Shown: piece after piece, positions 38,367-49,198 of the stretch
Layout: every line of letters starts with the position of its first letter
Numbering within the stretch: position 1 is the first letter of the stretch
NCBI RefSeq assembly: GCF_025526975.1
Contig: NW_026515683.1
Coordinates: 186,001-250,000 of the forward strand
Length of the DNA: 64,000 bases
Direction: 5' to 3'
DNA from: Fimicolochytrium jonesii
Taxonomy: Eukaryota
Position numbers and translations under genes: made by a program
Notes under the pieces: model-generated
Seen by the model: only the letters and a program-made list of their open reading frames with translations
Databases searched by the model: none
Told to the model about the DNA's origin: nothing

Positions 38367-40837
38367 TCACCCAAATCCACGTCCCCTACCCCGCCCCCGC
38401 ACCCATCCTGCTCTCCTGCAACGCCTTCACTCTCGCTCGGGCACGCGCCAGCGCATCTACCACAGGTCAGAGGTCAGTTCCCCGGCCCGGATAACGATGG
38501 AGATCATGCTGTTCCCTACCTGTTATCGCCTGGATGTTCATCTTGTTCAAACTGAATGGTTGGAAGTCCGTTAGTTGGCATTGATTGAAGCATGCACGAT
38601 GAGAGCACGAAGAACCGGGAAACTTACTGCCCAAGCCCATCCTTCCGCGCCGACGCTTTCGCCTGATGAACCCTACATGTGTGCATCCATCGGGGATCAG
38701 ATGCCTGTGGTAACCCCAGATACGAAAAAGAACGAATACGGACTCAGCCTGCTCAACAACATTCAACTCCACCTCCACCGTGCCCGAAGTCGCCACCTGC
38801 GAGCCGAACTTGTTGACTACCCGCGGCTACCAAATCCACAGATCAGTCTCACTTATCCAGGAACCATCACGGGTCGAAAACGCGCTACCTTATCTCCGTC
38901 GGGAAGGCACATCCACTCCAGATCCTCGAGCTCGGGCGACCCGCCGATGAAGAACTCGCGCAGGCGGGTGAGGTAGGTGCCGAGGGGGCGCCAGGTTGGG
39001 ATTGTCAGGGTATGATGGCCTGTCAATGACTCGACGTGTGAGATGTCAATATGCCACATACGTGTTATCAAGACCAGAGGAGGGGGAGTGTAACGTTACC
39101 GGTCGTCTGCGGGATGTACAGATACCCATACCCCTCGACGCGATGTCTGTTCCACGAGTCGACGCTGTTGACGGTGATGAACAGCTTCGGCCGGTCTTTG
39201 TTCTTGTCTAGCGAAAACACGAAACACCCTCAGTACGCCCGCCCGCGCCCTCGGTGCACCACCTTAACTCCCACCTACCTACCTCTCCGCACCAAAACCC
39301 ACTCCAACGGACACCCCACACTCGCCCGCCACCCCTTCTCCCACACCCCCCTCGCAACCTGCGTTGTCCCACCCAGCAACTGCCCGCGCGCCTCGTCCTC
39401 GTCGGCCGCCCAGCCGATGGGGAGGGCCAGCAGGTAGGTGATGTAGACGTCGCGGGAGGGGAACTGGGTGGTGCGCGTAATTTGGCCGGTTAGCGTGTGG
39501 CGGAGTTGGGTGGGGGCGGGGAGGGGGGTGAATGTGGGGGGAAGGAGGCGGGATAGGTGGGTTTGTTTTCTGGGAAATAAGAACGGGAGTGTGAGAAGTG
39601 TGCGTATGCGAAGGGAAACCCGGGACGTCTCTTTTCTTTTTGTCCGTACTGGGTATAAAACTCGTCAAAGATCCGCCACTCCCGTTCCGTCTCCTCCCTC
39701 GTTTTCGGATCCGACGCGCATTTGAACGTGTACTCGTAGGTGTCGAGGCCGAGTGTGAAGCGGTACGGCGTCGGCGGGTCGGTTAGCCCTGGCTATGTGT
39801 GTTATGTGCATGGACGGTGAAAGGACGATCGGATCAGTCCAAAATATCCTCTCATGCGTAACCCAGCACACAACATACCGTGAAAACAACCAACCCAGAC
39901 CCATACACCCGCACCGTACACAATCTCCTCTCCACAACCCCACTCTCCTCCTCAGCGCCCAGAAACGCCATAACATGCATCTCCTCCCACCCCACGCCTT
40001 GCGCATCGATCGCGGGTCGCGGGTCTGCGGGGTCTTCCGCGACGATGTCGGATAACTCCAATCTGGTCCTGCGGTGGCGGTGGGGGTGGGTGGTGTTGGC
40101 GCGAGGGTGGAATGTTGGCGCCCGGTTGGGTTGTGTGGTAGGTTTGTTTGAGAATGGGGACGAGAGGAAGGTGGATGGCGGGCGGTAGGTGTCGGCCTGG
40201 GTGTATGTGAACAGTTGTTTTCCTGCTGCAGTCACGAAGATTAGACACTGCAACATTGAGAAGCACTCGATGGCCGGGAACTTACTGGCGTCAACCCGTC
40301 CAGCGGCCAATACCCTCGCCGCCGCACTCCGTGGGCTGGTCGCGAGCTGATGGACCATCCCGTGGTATTTCGTTTCCAACTGTGTCGGGTTTCGCGAGAG
40401 GTCGCGGTATCGCAGCACCTCGCTTGCCCATGATCTCGGCGTTAGCACTTGATCCCCAACGCAAAAGGGCAGCGGGAGGCTTTGTCTTTATCATCCCTAC
40501 CTGGGACTGAAAACCTTCTCCCCCCACTGCATCACCGCTACCTCCGGTTTCGGCAACATTGCCCGCCGTCGGTCGTCCGTCAACGCCGCCAGGGCCGGGT
40601 CATGCTGCAGGAACTCTTATTCAAAGCCCATTCAATACTGTTGATTACATATCAACAAAGCGTGCGAGATGGGATCTTACCATCACCCAGAGGAACACTT
40701 TTATCAGCGATCTTGGCAAGCCGGACCTTGATCTTGAGGTTCTCGATGCGGTCGATTGTGCGGTGGAAAGAGGATTGGAGGGCGGAAGTTTCGTCCGCCG
40801 CGGAGGCGCCCTGCCTTGATGGAGCTGGGGTTGCCAT
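38367..40837 (-). CDS. MKS1: Meckel syndrome type 1 protein (B9-C2 transition-zone protein), multi-exon
   Basis: N-terminal [25 protein letters not shown]...RRLCTVR; B9 motifs [27 protein letters not shown]...[26 protein letters not shown]-terminal ARARARV. Confidence 0.82.
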
Positions 40838-42180
40838 GAGGAACGGTCGTTACTAAAATGCTGTCTGCTGATTGGAAGGGAAAGAGCCGGTGGGCGAAAG
40901 TGTTGAGGGTGATCTAAGGTTCGTGCATATTCCCGCTGGCGTGACGGTATTCGACAGCGCGTCAAGCCCTGGACGGGGACGCGTCTTTCCTGTCCAGCAC
41001 CGTAGCTTGTAGTCGAGAAAGCGATGCCAAGATCTAACCTTCACATGTAAAAATACAGCCAGCCGGTGTATGGTGCCTACAGCAGGTTTGGACAGGCAGG
41101 AAACCCGAATGTGCGGTTGAAATCCGCGAGACAAATGATGGGGGCTGACAAGACTGTATGAAGCCTCTCCCGGTCCTACTCGCCGTTGTCGGAAACAATT
41201 GGGGAACTAAGTTTGAAGCCATGATAACCCCATCTACCGAGCTTAGTTAAAGTGGAGGCATAGCCACCAGGCCAGCGGGTGGTGACAAGAGAATTTTGAT
41301 GTATAAAGCTAAACGAAACGCAGTGGTCCAATGATGGAAGTCGACGAAAATGTTTGACACGTCTTTCCATTTCGTACCCGCCGTCGTTGGATCAAACCTG
41401 CTGGGAGTAATTTAGGTGCAACGATTCCCTATAGCCCAACGACTGACAAACTCAGCAAGAAGCGAGGCAAGTGGAAAGGCTGGATAGGAAAGGAAGGCTT
41501 GGCATTGTCGGCACGGCATTGGTATTTTGCAGACCCCAAACGAAGGCAAAGAACAGCGATTAAACACAGCTGCATACTGGCTACATTTCGAGGCGGGCGC
41601 TGAAATCTATGGCTAGATATTGTTGTTACTCGAGAACTACCAAGGCATACGCAAGTACTTTGATGAACGTATCAGTGGCCATTACCACGTTGGCCACTAC
41701 CATCGTGATTGAGGCAGCTGGGCAGTCATGAGCTGCTTTGGAGGTCTCTTAGAAGGGCATCAACGAAGGAATATCGTGCCGGTCAAGCGATGCATATCAC
41801 TGAACCGTGAGGGTAAAAGGAGGATATATTACTGCAACGGCTTTCTGCGGTTTCCCGACCCAGCCAGAGATTGTTGAATGTAGAGTGCAATGCAATTCAA
41901 AGGACGCGAATTACCTCTCCCCGGAGGTACCGGTGATGAACAGAGTTGATCACAATGTAACGATGACTCCCGGAACGATTGATAGCAAGCCACAAGTCTT
42001 GTTAAAGTGTTAACGCACCCCCACATGCTTGTGATCCTCTATCACTCGTTTTGGTTGTTAAATCCCGGCAGAAAGGGGCAACCCACTCCGACGCTTACGT
42101 GATCATGGCACTGGCCTGACCCCCCCAAGGAGCTGTTCCATTTTGCGCAAACTCACAACGAAAGCAGAAAGGTACTGTAC

Positions 42181-42912
42181 ATGATGGCGGGCCAACAACA
42201 CTCATCGTCACTCCTGCCGCCAGCAACACCACCTGCCGCTCAGAGCGATCCGCACATAGTCGCCTCCCTCGCGCTCTCCCTCCTCCAAGCAGACGCCCTC
42301 AGCACGCTGTTCAGTATTTCCTCGCCGCTGCTCCAGGAACGCTGTCTCCTTCTCGGGGGCACCAACACCTCCTCTCCCTTCCCCGACAACGAAACCGAGA
42401 GCAGGTCTCATGCCCGCGACTTGCGCACGCTCTTCCAATGGCAAGCCGACCACGCGCTGGACTTGGTCTCGAAGTTCGACGCCGGGCGCGATATCACCCC
42501 AGCCAGCGTTATATATTACCGTATGTGGGACGCGGAGACGCTGCATGCCTCTCTACCTTTCTCAGAGGCGGGCTCGACGACGGGTGTGGTGGTTCTAGAG
42601 CAGGATCTGAAAACAAGGGCGTGGATGTATCATAATCTTTTGGAGGTGGCCGAGGCGGCGTTTTTGGGCGGGTGGGAGACGTCGATTGAAAGTGCTGTTG
42701 AGGATTTGGGGCGGCGGAAGGCGGTGGCGGATGTGGGATTGAGTGGAGAGGAGCGAAGGTATTGGGATTTGTACGATACGTGTGTCGAGAACGAGAAGGC
42801 AGAGCAGCACACCTCCGATAAAGAACCCCAAGCCATCCCTGACGACGGGGAAGACGGTGACGGGGATGACTACTGGAGCTCCTATGACGCCGCTGGGCTG
42901 CCTTCATATTGA
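42181..42912 (+). CDS. Hypothetical fungal protein (243 aa, single exon)
   Basis: Intact ORF with globular-looking composition, YRMWDAETLHA and WMYHNL, and an acidic tail with two YWxxYD motifs. Confidence 0.65.
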   Translation: MMAGQQHSSSLLPPATPPAAQSDPHIVASLALSLLQADALSTLFSISSPLLQERCLLLGGTNTSSPFPDNETESRSHARDLRTLFQWQADHALDLVSKFDAGRDITPASVIYYRMWDAETLHASLPFSEAGSTTGVVVLEQDLKTRAWMYHNLLEVAEAAFLGGWETSIESAVEDLGRRKAVADVGLSGEERRYWDLYDTCVENEKAEQHTSDKEPQAIPDDGEDGDGDDYWSSYDAAGLPSY

Positions 42913-43594
42913 GGATATGGCAAAGTTTTTGGACGGATCGATATATACCCTAGGCTAGGAATTTCGTAACATAGAGACCGGCGTAGTACCCACGGGCTGG
43001 CCAGGTTTTACGAAGATGCTCTGTATAGCGCATATGAACATTGACACGTTCCTGAGGGATCAGACTCGCACCTTTTCCATGTGCAGTCCACGCTCTCCGA
43101 GGAAACGGATTAATGCTCCTGCAGATTCAGAAAAAAAATCGATTAAATGCTTGTAAAGAACCATTGGATTGTATGATTTGAGCTCATTCTTCGCAAGCCA
43201 GCAGCGACAAAGGAAAAAACATGAATTAAATGCCCTTGGACAAAGAACACACAAAGGGTGATGGACATCGCTCAGTTGAGCCCATTCTCACAGACAACAC
43301 AACATTAGAAGAAAGAACGAATTAAATGCCTTGTCACAAGCAGCCGATTCTCTCGGTTTTATTCCATTCATCTTTTCTCAATCTCCCTTGTCTGCCGGGT
43401 TATATTACATCTTTTTCTCCTTTGTTGATGAGTAGCATTGTACTGTACTGTACGTCCGCTTTTATATCACAGTTTTTTTTTCGATTTGGCGATTGTCTCG
43501 GTTGTGCAGACAGTTCAGGTATTGTTGAAGCCGGTGAAGAAACTGTGGGATGGGGCAACCGTGGTAAAGCCTATTTATATTGCATTTTTTTTCG

Positions 43595-43652
43595 GCATTG
43601 GGAGAATGGCAGCCGTTGTTGAGCATTGGGAGAATGGCAGCCGTTGTTGAGC
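43595..43652. repeat. Perfect 28-bp tandem duplication
   Basis: GCATTGGGAGAATGGCAGCCGTTGTTGA at 43595-43622 and 43623-43650. Confidence 0.95.
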
Positions 43653-45781
43653 CACAAAGCTGAGATCATGAGTGAACAACAAACACTTCGCCGCCCTCAG
43701 TCTAGCCAGTGACAGTTCACCCGTTACGCAGGTAGGTGAGTTTTGTGGATCGTCTGTCGTAGCATTGGAGGAAGGTTCACCGGCAAGCATATTGCTGATC
43801 TGCACGGTGCATCGCCATGAAGGCAACCACCGCTTCAATGTATATGCAGAGAAACGCAGCACCAGTACAAGAGGATCTCAAGAGGATCTCAGATGATGAA
43901 GGTATAACCGCACTCCAGTGTATCCACACTACTGATAACTAAGACGCTGGGATATCAAAAGTCTATAGTTGACTTGAACGGAGGAGGTGGGCCTGGGAAT
44001 ATAGCATAGCCGGCCGGATATGCTTGTTCTCGACGATGGGTACCCGCAACACTCGCGGGTTTCCCCGAAATGGGCCGACTTAAGTCCCGCAACGGGTCGA
44101 ACGGTCACTGCCGGGACCGTAGATGAAACCTGAGGTCGTCACGACGGAAATAGTGGGGAGGCGTTTCCAACTGGGGAGCTGATTTGGCCGCGCCGCACTT
44201 GTAAACGACCAGTGATGTTCTGCCCACCACCATCCCTGGACGGTTGTTGCGCGCATGGGTTGCGCTGAAGTCGCAAGATGCGTATAGTAGCTCAAGGGTT
44301 ATACGCCTGTTGCGTCGCGCTGTCGAAAAGTGATCAAACTGACAGGAATCACCTTAACCCTTTGTTCATTTTCCTCCCGTTTCCCGTATCGCCCCGATGC
44401 GTAACACAACACAACGACGCCTCCCACCCACTCCCACCAACCGCACCCATCGCACGCCCCACCCCAGTCCACCTCTGCACAAAAGACGGCGCCAAAACGG
44501 GCCTCGTCACATTCCATCGCCACTCTCCCTCCACCTCCACCAACACCCATCCATCGGCGTTGTTCTGGTCCTATCGCCAGGCGCTTGTTCCTTGACACCT
44601 ACCTCATAGTTCAGAAAGCGAAGCCAGCTTACGAACCGTCACAAACTAAATTGGTGGCCGGTGTATGGTGACTAGGGCTGCAAGAAATCCGGCGAGCTGG
44701 CGATTGGGGTCGGGTCGGACATGTTTAAAAGAAAAACTAAGAAAAAGTCCTCCAATGTTTACCCTCGGTCGTTGTCGCAGACCACCCGCCGAATCCCCAT
44801 GAGCGTTCATCGCAATGGCTGACCCGTACTGCTACCTGCCTTTGCCGCGGTGGCATACAGTACATCGGGATGCGGTAGACCGACTCTCAAGGCGCCGCAT
44901 GACGGAACATCCCACTCCGCGACCGACAAAGCCGGTACTTGTTCGCCGTCCACTACGTCCACCCCTCGCTGGGCCTGCTCCGTACGTTCCTGCATCCATC
45001 CTTCACCGGCACACACAGTATGTAACTCTGCACGACAGCATACCATCACCCACTCTCCCTCTGTTCCTGCGGCTCCACAACGTGTGGGTTTACATCCACA
45101 GCAGAACCACCAGGGCAGCATGATGAATGTTACTTGCAATCTGGTCCGTTCACATCCCACTATGTTGATTAGGTAGTCCTCACGCCACACAGATGTGAGC
45201 GATAATCGAGGGCCCCGACCCAAAATCCAAAATCTCCAGATCTGTTGACCACCTAATGATTGACCGACTCGGGGTCAAAGTCCAACCCGTAGCCCGTCAG
45301 GCACTCACTCCCCAGTGATGGCGTTGAGGTTCCCAGATACGCAAGCCCAGCCGGACACTTTGGACGCAAGGCTGGCTGGGTATGCCCCTCGATGTGTCCG
45401 TGTGCCTTATGGTGACTGTGATGACTGCCATCCTCGCAGTCTTTCTGAACGGGAACTTGGGCCGAAAGCCACGCAAATTGGTCTTTCCCCCCCCCCCCCC
45501 CCCCCCCAATCATCAACGCCAGGCTATGCTACCCCTGCGCCGATCATTGAGAGCATCAGGGCTTGGTAATGGTGTTCCAGGTGGTGATGATTAAATGAAC
45601 AAATATGGAAAAAGAAGAAAGGTCTTATGGATACCGGTATGCGCGGGGATATGGTAATCAAGGCGTGCGCAAGCGCCACCCTCCCTCGTCGATTATATCT
45701 CCCTATCGTCGGGGCAGCAACCCGGAGGAACACCCGTACCACCAGCGTCACGTAACAGCCAAACACGACATCTCCAGCTCT

Positions 45782-48700
45782 CTAAACCCTAATGACAGCC
45801 TCAGCCCCATAGAACCGGCCAAACACACTCAACGCATCCTCCACCCGCGCCCTGTCCAGCACATCGCCCGCGATCCCGCCCTTTGTTGAATCCGCAACGA
45901 CCCGTGTACGGTGGGTGAGCACCCATTGCACGAACTCCGAGATGTCGGGCGTGAATGCGTGCGTTACGGATTCGTTGGTTACTTGGGTCGCGACGTCTTG
46001 TGCGTCTATGGTGGGGAGACCCAGGCGGGAGGCGATGAAAGAGGGGGAGATCGTGTGGTGTTTGACATACGTCAGATACATCAAAAACACATTCACAACT
46101 CCCGTAGCGAGCCCTCCATCCTCCGAACACTCCGCGCGGTGGGTGAGTATGTCCCGAACATCCCTGGTCAACCGAGACGGGCTCAGATCATGCGCAACCG
46201 CGTGGTTCCATTCGAGCGCGGTCCCGATCTGCGCTAGGAGGTGGACCAACTGTGGCGTGATTTCGCGTTCGGGAAAGGTGGTGGCGTCGCAGAGGACAAA
46301 CATCGTGGATTGGAAGCGTTTGGCGTGAGTTTCTATTACGCGTTTGAATGGGTCTTCTGTGTGTGATACCCCAGGTGGGGATACCGGCGCGTTGATGAGG
46401 GAGAGGACGACGCGCCATTGTTCGTCGATGAGGGCGCGCGCGAGGCGGGGCTGGCCGACCCATTGCTGCACGTGGAATTCAAAGACTTGCCAGAGGGCGA
46501 GGACGAGGGGGAAGCCGGTGGAGAGGTGGGCGTCTGGGGTTGAGGAGATGCGTTTGAGGTCGACGTCGAGGAGGACGCGGTGGCGGAAGATGCCGGAGGT
46601 GGGGATCTTGCTTGTTTTCGTTGAGGGGGTGGCGTCGTGGGTGGAGGACTTTGCTTCCACGGGGGTTGTGGAATCGGACGTTTCGGTCCCGGCGAGGTCA
46701 AGCGAGTCAGCGCTGTCCAAAGCCCCATGCGAGCGGGCCCGCGTGATTCGCCTCACGAACCGCGCAGTTTCATGCGGGTGCGCCATCATCAGGCGCCTAA
46801 TCACAAGGTTAAGCAGCACCGACAACAGCTTCAACTTCTTAGCAAACACCGCATTAGAGCGTTCGCCATGCACAGGTGTAACTTTAAGCGACTCAAGGAC
46901 GTTAAACATCTCCGACAGCCACGCGTGGCCTTTTTCTCCAAACAGTTGGCGCACAACTTTCGTGGAGGGCACGTTGGGGACCAGCTCGATGTGGACCGGT
47001 TTGGCGCCGAGGGTTTGGAAGGCGACGTTGAGGATCACTTTGTCGCCTGCGGTGCCGTCCGCGCGGGGGTTCTCGAGGGCTTCGAAGTAGAACAGACTGG
47101 GTGGGGGTTCTTCTCCGAGGACTTCTTCCGCTTTTGAATTCTTGTTGCCGAGAGCGAATAGGTTGTCGGAAGACCCGTTCAGGCGAATCTCATGGTGGAC
47201 CTCATGCGCACGAAGGTACTCCTTGACCGCATTACGGTTGAACCGGCCAGTCTCGACCATGAAGGTGACGCATTCGGCGATTGCATGCGAGGGTGCACCA
47301 GCGCCGATCGCGATGTTTCGCGCGTGCAGCGACATGTGCCCGCGCTGGATCCCTTCCGTGCACAGCGCGCGCAGAGCCGCAAAGTTCTGCGCGAGGCCAA
47401 GAGCCGCCATCGCTCTTCCGAGCCCCTTCGAGTCCGGGTTGCCCATCAGACCGAGGGTGTACTTGAGGACCGGATGGGTGGTCAAGACGCCCCCTTTCGT
47501 CGCGACAGGCATGGGGAGCTCGATTTCACCGCGGAGAAATCGCTGGCCGTTAGAGTCTTCCTCGACCCAGTAGTCCGTGAACGGGCGGTAGCTATCCTCG
47601 CGGACCGCGTTATATGCGTGTGCGGCGGCTTCGATCGCGCGCCAGTCTTGACCAGTGGCGAGGGCGACGGCGTCGATGCCGTTCATGATTCCCTTGTTGT
47701 GGGTTGCGGCGCGGAAGGGATCTGAGAGTGCCCATTCGTTCGCTTCGACGACGCGGAAGGCGAGGTCTTCGCCGGATACGCCCTTGTAGGCGAGCTTCTC
47801 GACGGGTACGCGGAAGGAGGCCTTGGCCATCCGCTCGACGTTGAGGTTGGAGACGATACGCAAGCCGATTGTCCCGCCGGTCAAGCTGGAGATCAGCGGG
47901 GCAACACCTTCCGCAACTGCACTGGCGCAGTTAGCGCCCATGGCGTCGCAGACATCGATGTGGATATGCACCACCAGCCACGTGCGACAATTGGCGCGAG
48001 TCACTCTATGCGGCCTCGCAGCGGATGTCGGAGGTTGCCGGCGAACGGCACGGAAGGTCACACCGGTGACACCTCCACCTCGACTGACCATGTTTTCGCA
48101 GAACTGGTTCCCAAGCGACATGATCTGCTCGCGCTTGCTTTCCAGCCTCTCAATGGCGGCAGGGATGTCCTCGTCGTCAATCCCGGCGACCTGGATCTGG
48201 GCGTAGATGATGTTACGTTCGGAGTTGGTCGCCACGAACCCTCCACCGAAGGTAGTGATGGTTTTCGCAGCATTGCTCGCTGCGGCAACCACCGACGGCT
48301 CTTCGACACACATGGGGATGACAGTCGGGACCGAGTTGATGGTGAAGTTGAGCCCGAGCCCGATAGGCATGCCCAAAGTCCCTACACAGTTCTCCACCAT
48401 GTTGTTAGCGATCTGCTCATCCAGACCATTCAGCGGGAACGGCGCTGGAGGCGTGGATTTCCTTCCGTTTCCTTCTCCCTCATCACCCGACGAGCTGGAT
48501 CCTGACTCGTCCGATGGCGCTGGTGAGTTGTTTCGGTCCTGAGCGCGCTGAGCCGCCGTTTTCACCTGAAGATGGGCATGGCTCCCGTTCGCAGTACCCG
48601 ACGAGCCCGCTTTCGATCCAGGCGGAAACAGCCCGGGGAAAGCCAGTCTCAGCTGATTCTGACGTTCCCGAAGTGCCTTCTTATAGAACCCGGACCAAAT

Positions 48701-49198
48701 CGAGTGGAACCCCGAGTCAGCGCTCTTCTGCTGTGTCTGGAGCCGTTTCTGCTGCGCGAGATGCAGGCGGGAGTGGTCCCGGTGGTCCGCATCGTGGCTG
48801 CTGCTGGTGATGGAGGCCTGGTGGAGGAGTTTGTGCAAAGCTGCGGCTCGCTCGGCGGCGTGGGAATTGTGCATGGGGTAGTTGTCGGAGCCATTCCGAA
48901 GGCCGCCAGCGTGGGCGCCGGCAGCAGCGGATCTGTCCAGGGTTGTGGCGGAATGCTTGTGAGTTGCTGGTGGAGGAGGAGTGCCGTTGGCTGAGAGCAG
49001 CTGTTGTGACTGCTTTGTGGTCGTCGTGGTGGTGGTGGAGGTGGTGGTTGTAGGGTGGTGGGTGGCTGTCTCTGTCGCCGCCCAGTGCCCTTTTGTCGCG
49101 GAGAATTGCAGCGGTTGCTCCGTGGGCGACGGCGACGCGTGCGCTTCCGCCCCTTGTTGGTGGCCCTCTCCAACTACCCCAAATTCGTCGCTCGTCAT
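45782..49198 (-). CDS. Class II (bacterial-type) HMG-CoA reductase with N- and C-terminal extensions; intronless, ~1138 aa
   Basis: MVENCVG, PMCVEEPSVVAAAS (catalytic Glu), DAMGAN, LRIVSN, DPFRAATHNKGIMNGIDAV (Lys), GQDWRAIEA (Asp), GLAQNFAALRAL, EGIQRGHMSLHARN (His). Confidence 0.93.
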   Translation of the reverse strand: MTSDEFGVVGEGHQQGAEAHASPSPTEQPLQFSATKGHWAATETATHHPTTTTSTTTTTTTKQSQQLLSANGTPPPPATHKHSATTLDRSAAAGAHAGGLRNGSDNYPMHNSHAAERAAALHKLLHQASITSSSHDADHRDHSRLHLAQQKRLQTQQKSADSGFHSIWSGFYKKALRERQNQLRLAFPGLFPPGSKAGSSGTANGSHAHLQVKTAAQRAQDRNNSPAPSDESGSSSSGDEGEGNGRKSTPPAPFPLNGLDEQIANNMVENCVGTLGMPIGLGLNFTINSVPTVIPMCVEEPSVVAAASNAAKTITTFGGGFVATNSERNIIYAQIQVAGIDDEDIPAAIERLESKREQIMSLGNQFCENMVSRGGGVTGVTFRAVRRQPPTSAARPHRVTRANCRTWLVVHIHIDVCDAMGANCASAVAEGVAPLISSLTGGTIGLRIVSNLNVERMAKASFRVPVEKLAYKGVSGEDLAFRVVEANEWALSDPFRAATHNKGIMNGIDAVALATGQDWRAIEAAAHAYNAVREDSYRPFTDYWVEEDSNGQRFLRGEIELPMPVATKGGVLTTHPVLKYTLGLMGNPDSKGLGRAMAALGLAQNFAALRALCTEGIQRGHMSLHARNIAIGAGAPSHAIAECVTFMVETGRFNRNAVKEYLRAHEVHHEIRLNGSSDNLFALGNKNSKAEEVLGEEPPPSLFYFEALENPRADGTAGDKVILNVAFQTLGAKPVHIELVPNVPSTKVVRQLFGEKGHAWLSEMFNVLESLKVTPVHGERSNAVFAKKLKLLSVLLNLVIRRLMMAHPHETARFVRRITRARSHGALDSADSLDLAGTETSDSTTPVEAKSSTHDATPSTKTSKIPTSGIFRHRVLLDVDLKRISSTPDAHLSTGFPLVLALWQVFEFHVQQWVGQPRLARALIDEQWRVVLSLINAPVSPPGVSHTEDPFKRVIETHAKRFQSTMFVLCDATTFPEREITPQLVHLLAQIGTALEWNHAVAHDLSPSRLTRDVRDILTHRAECSEDGGLATGVVNVFLMYLTYVKHHTISPSFIASRLGLPTIDAQDVATQVTNESVTHAFTPDISEFVQWVLTHRTRVVADSTKGGIAGDVLDRARVEDALSVFGRFYGAEAVIRV

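Noticed and set aside
40900..42100. Possible gene or TE remnant between MKS1 and the 42181 ORF
   Set aside because: Only short stop-interrupted frames; no recognisable domain, TIR or TSD.
43595..43652. 28-bp repeats as a CRISPR array
   Set aside because: Only two directly abutting copies, no spacers, no cas genes, eukaryotic context.
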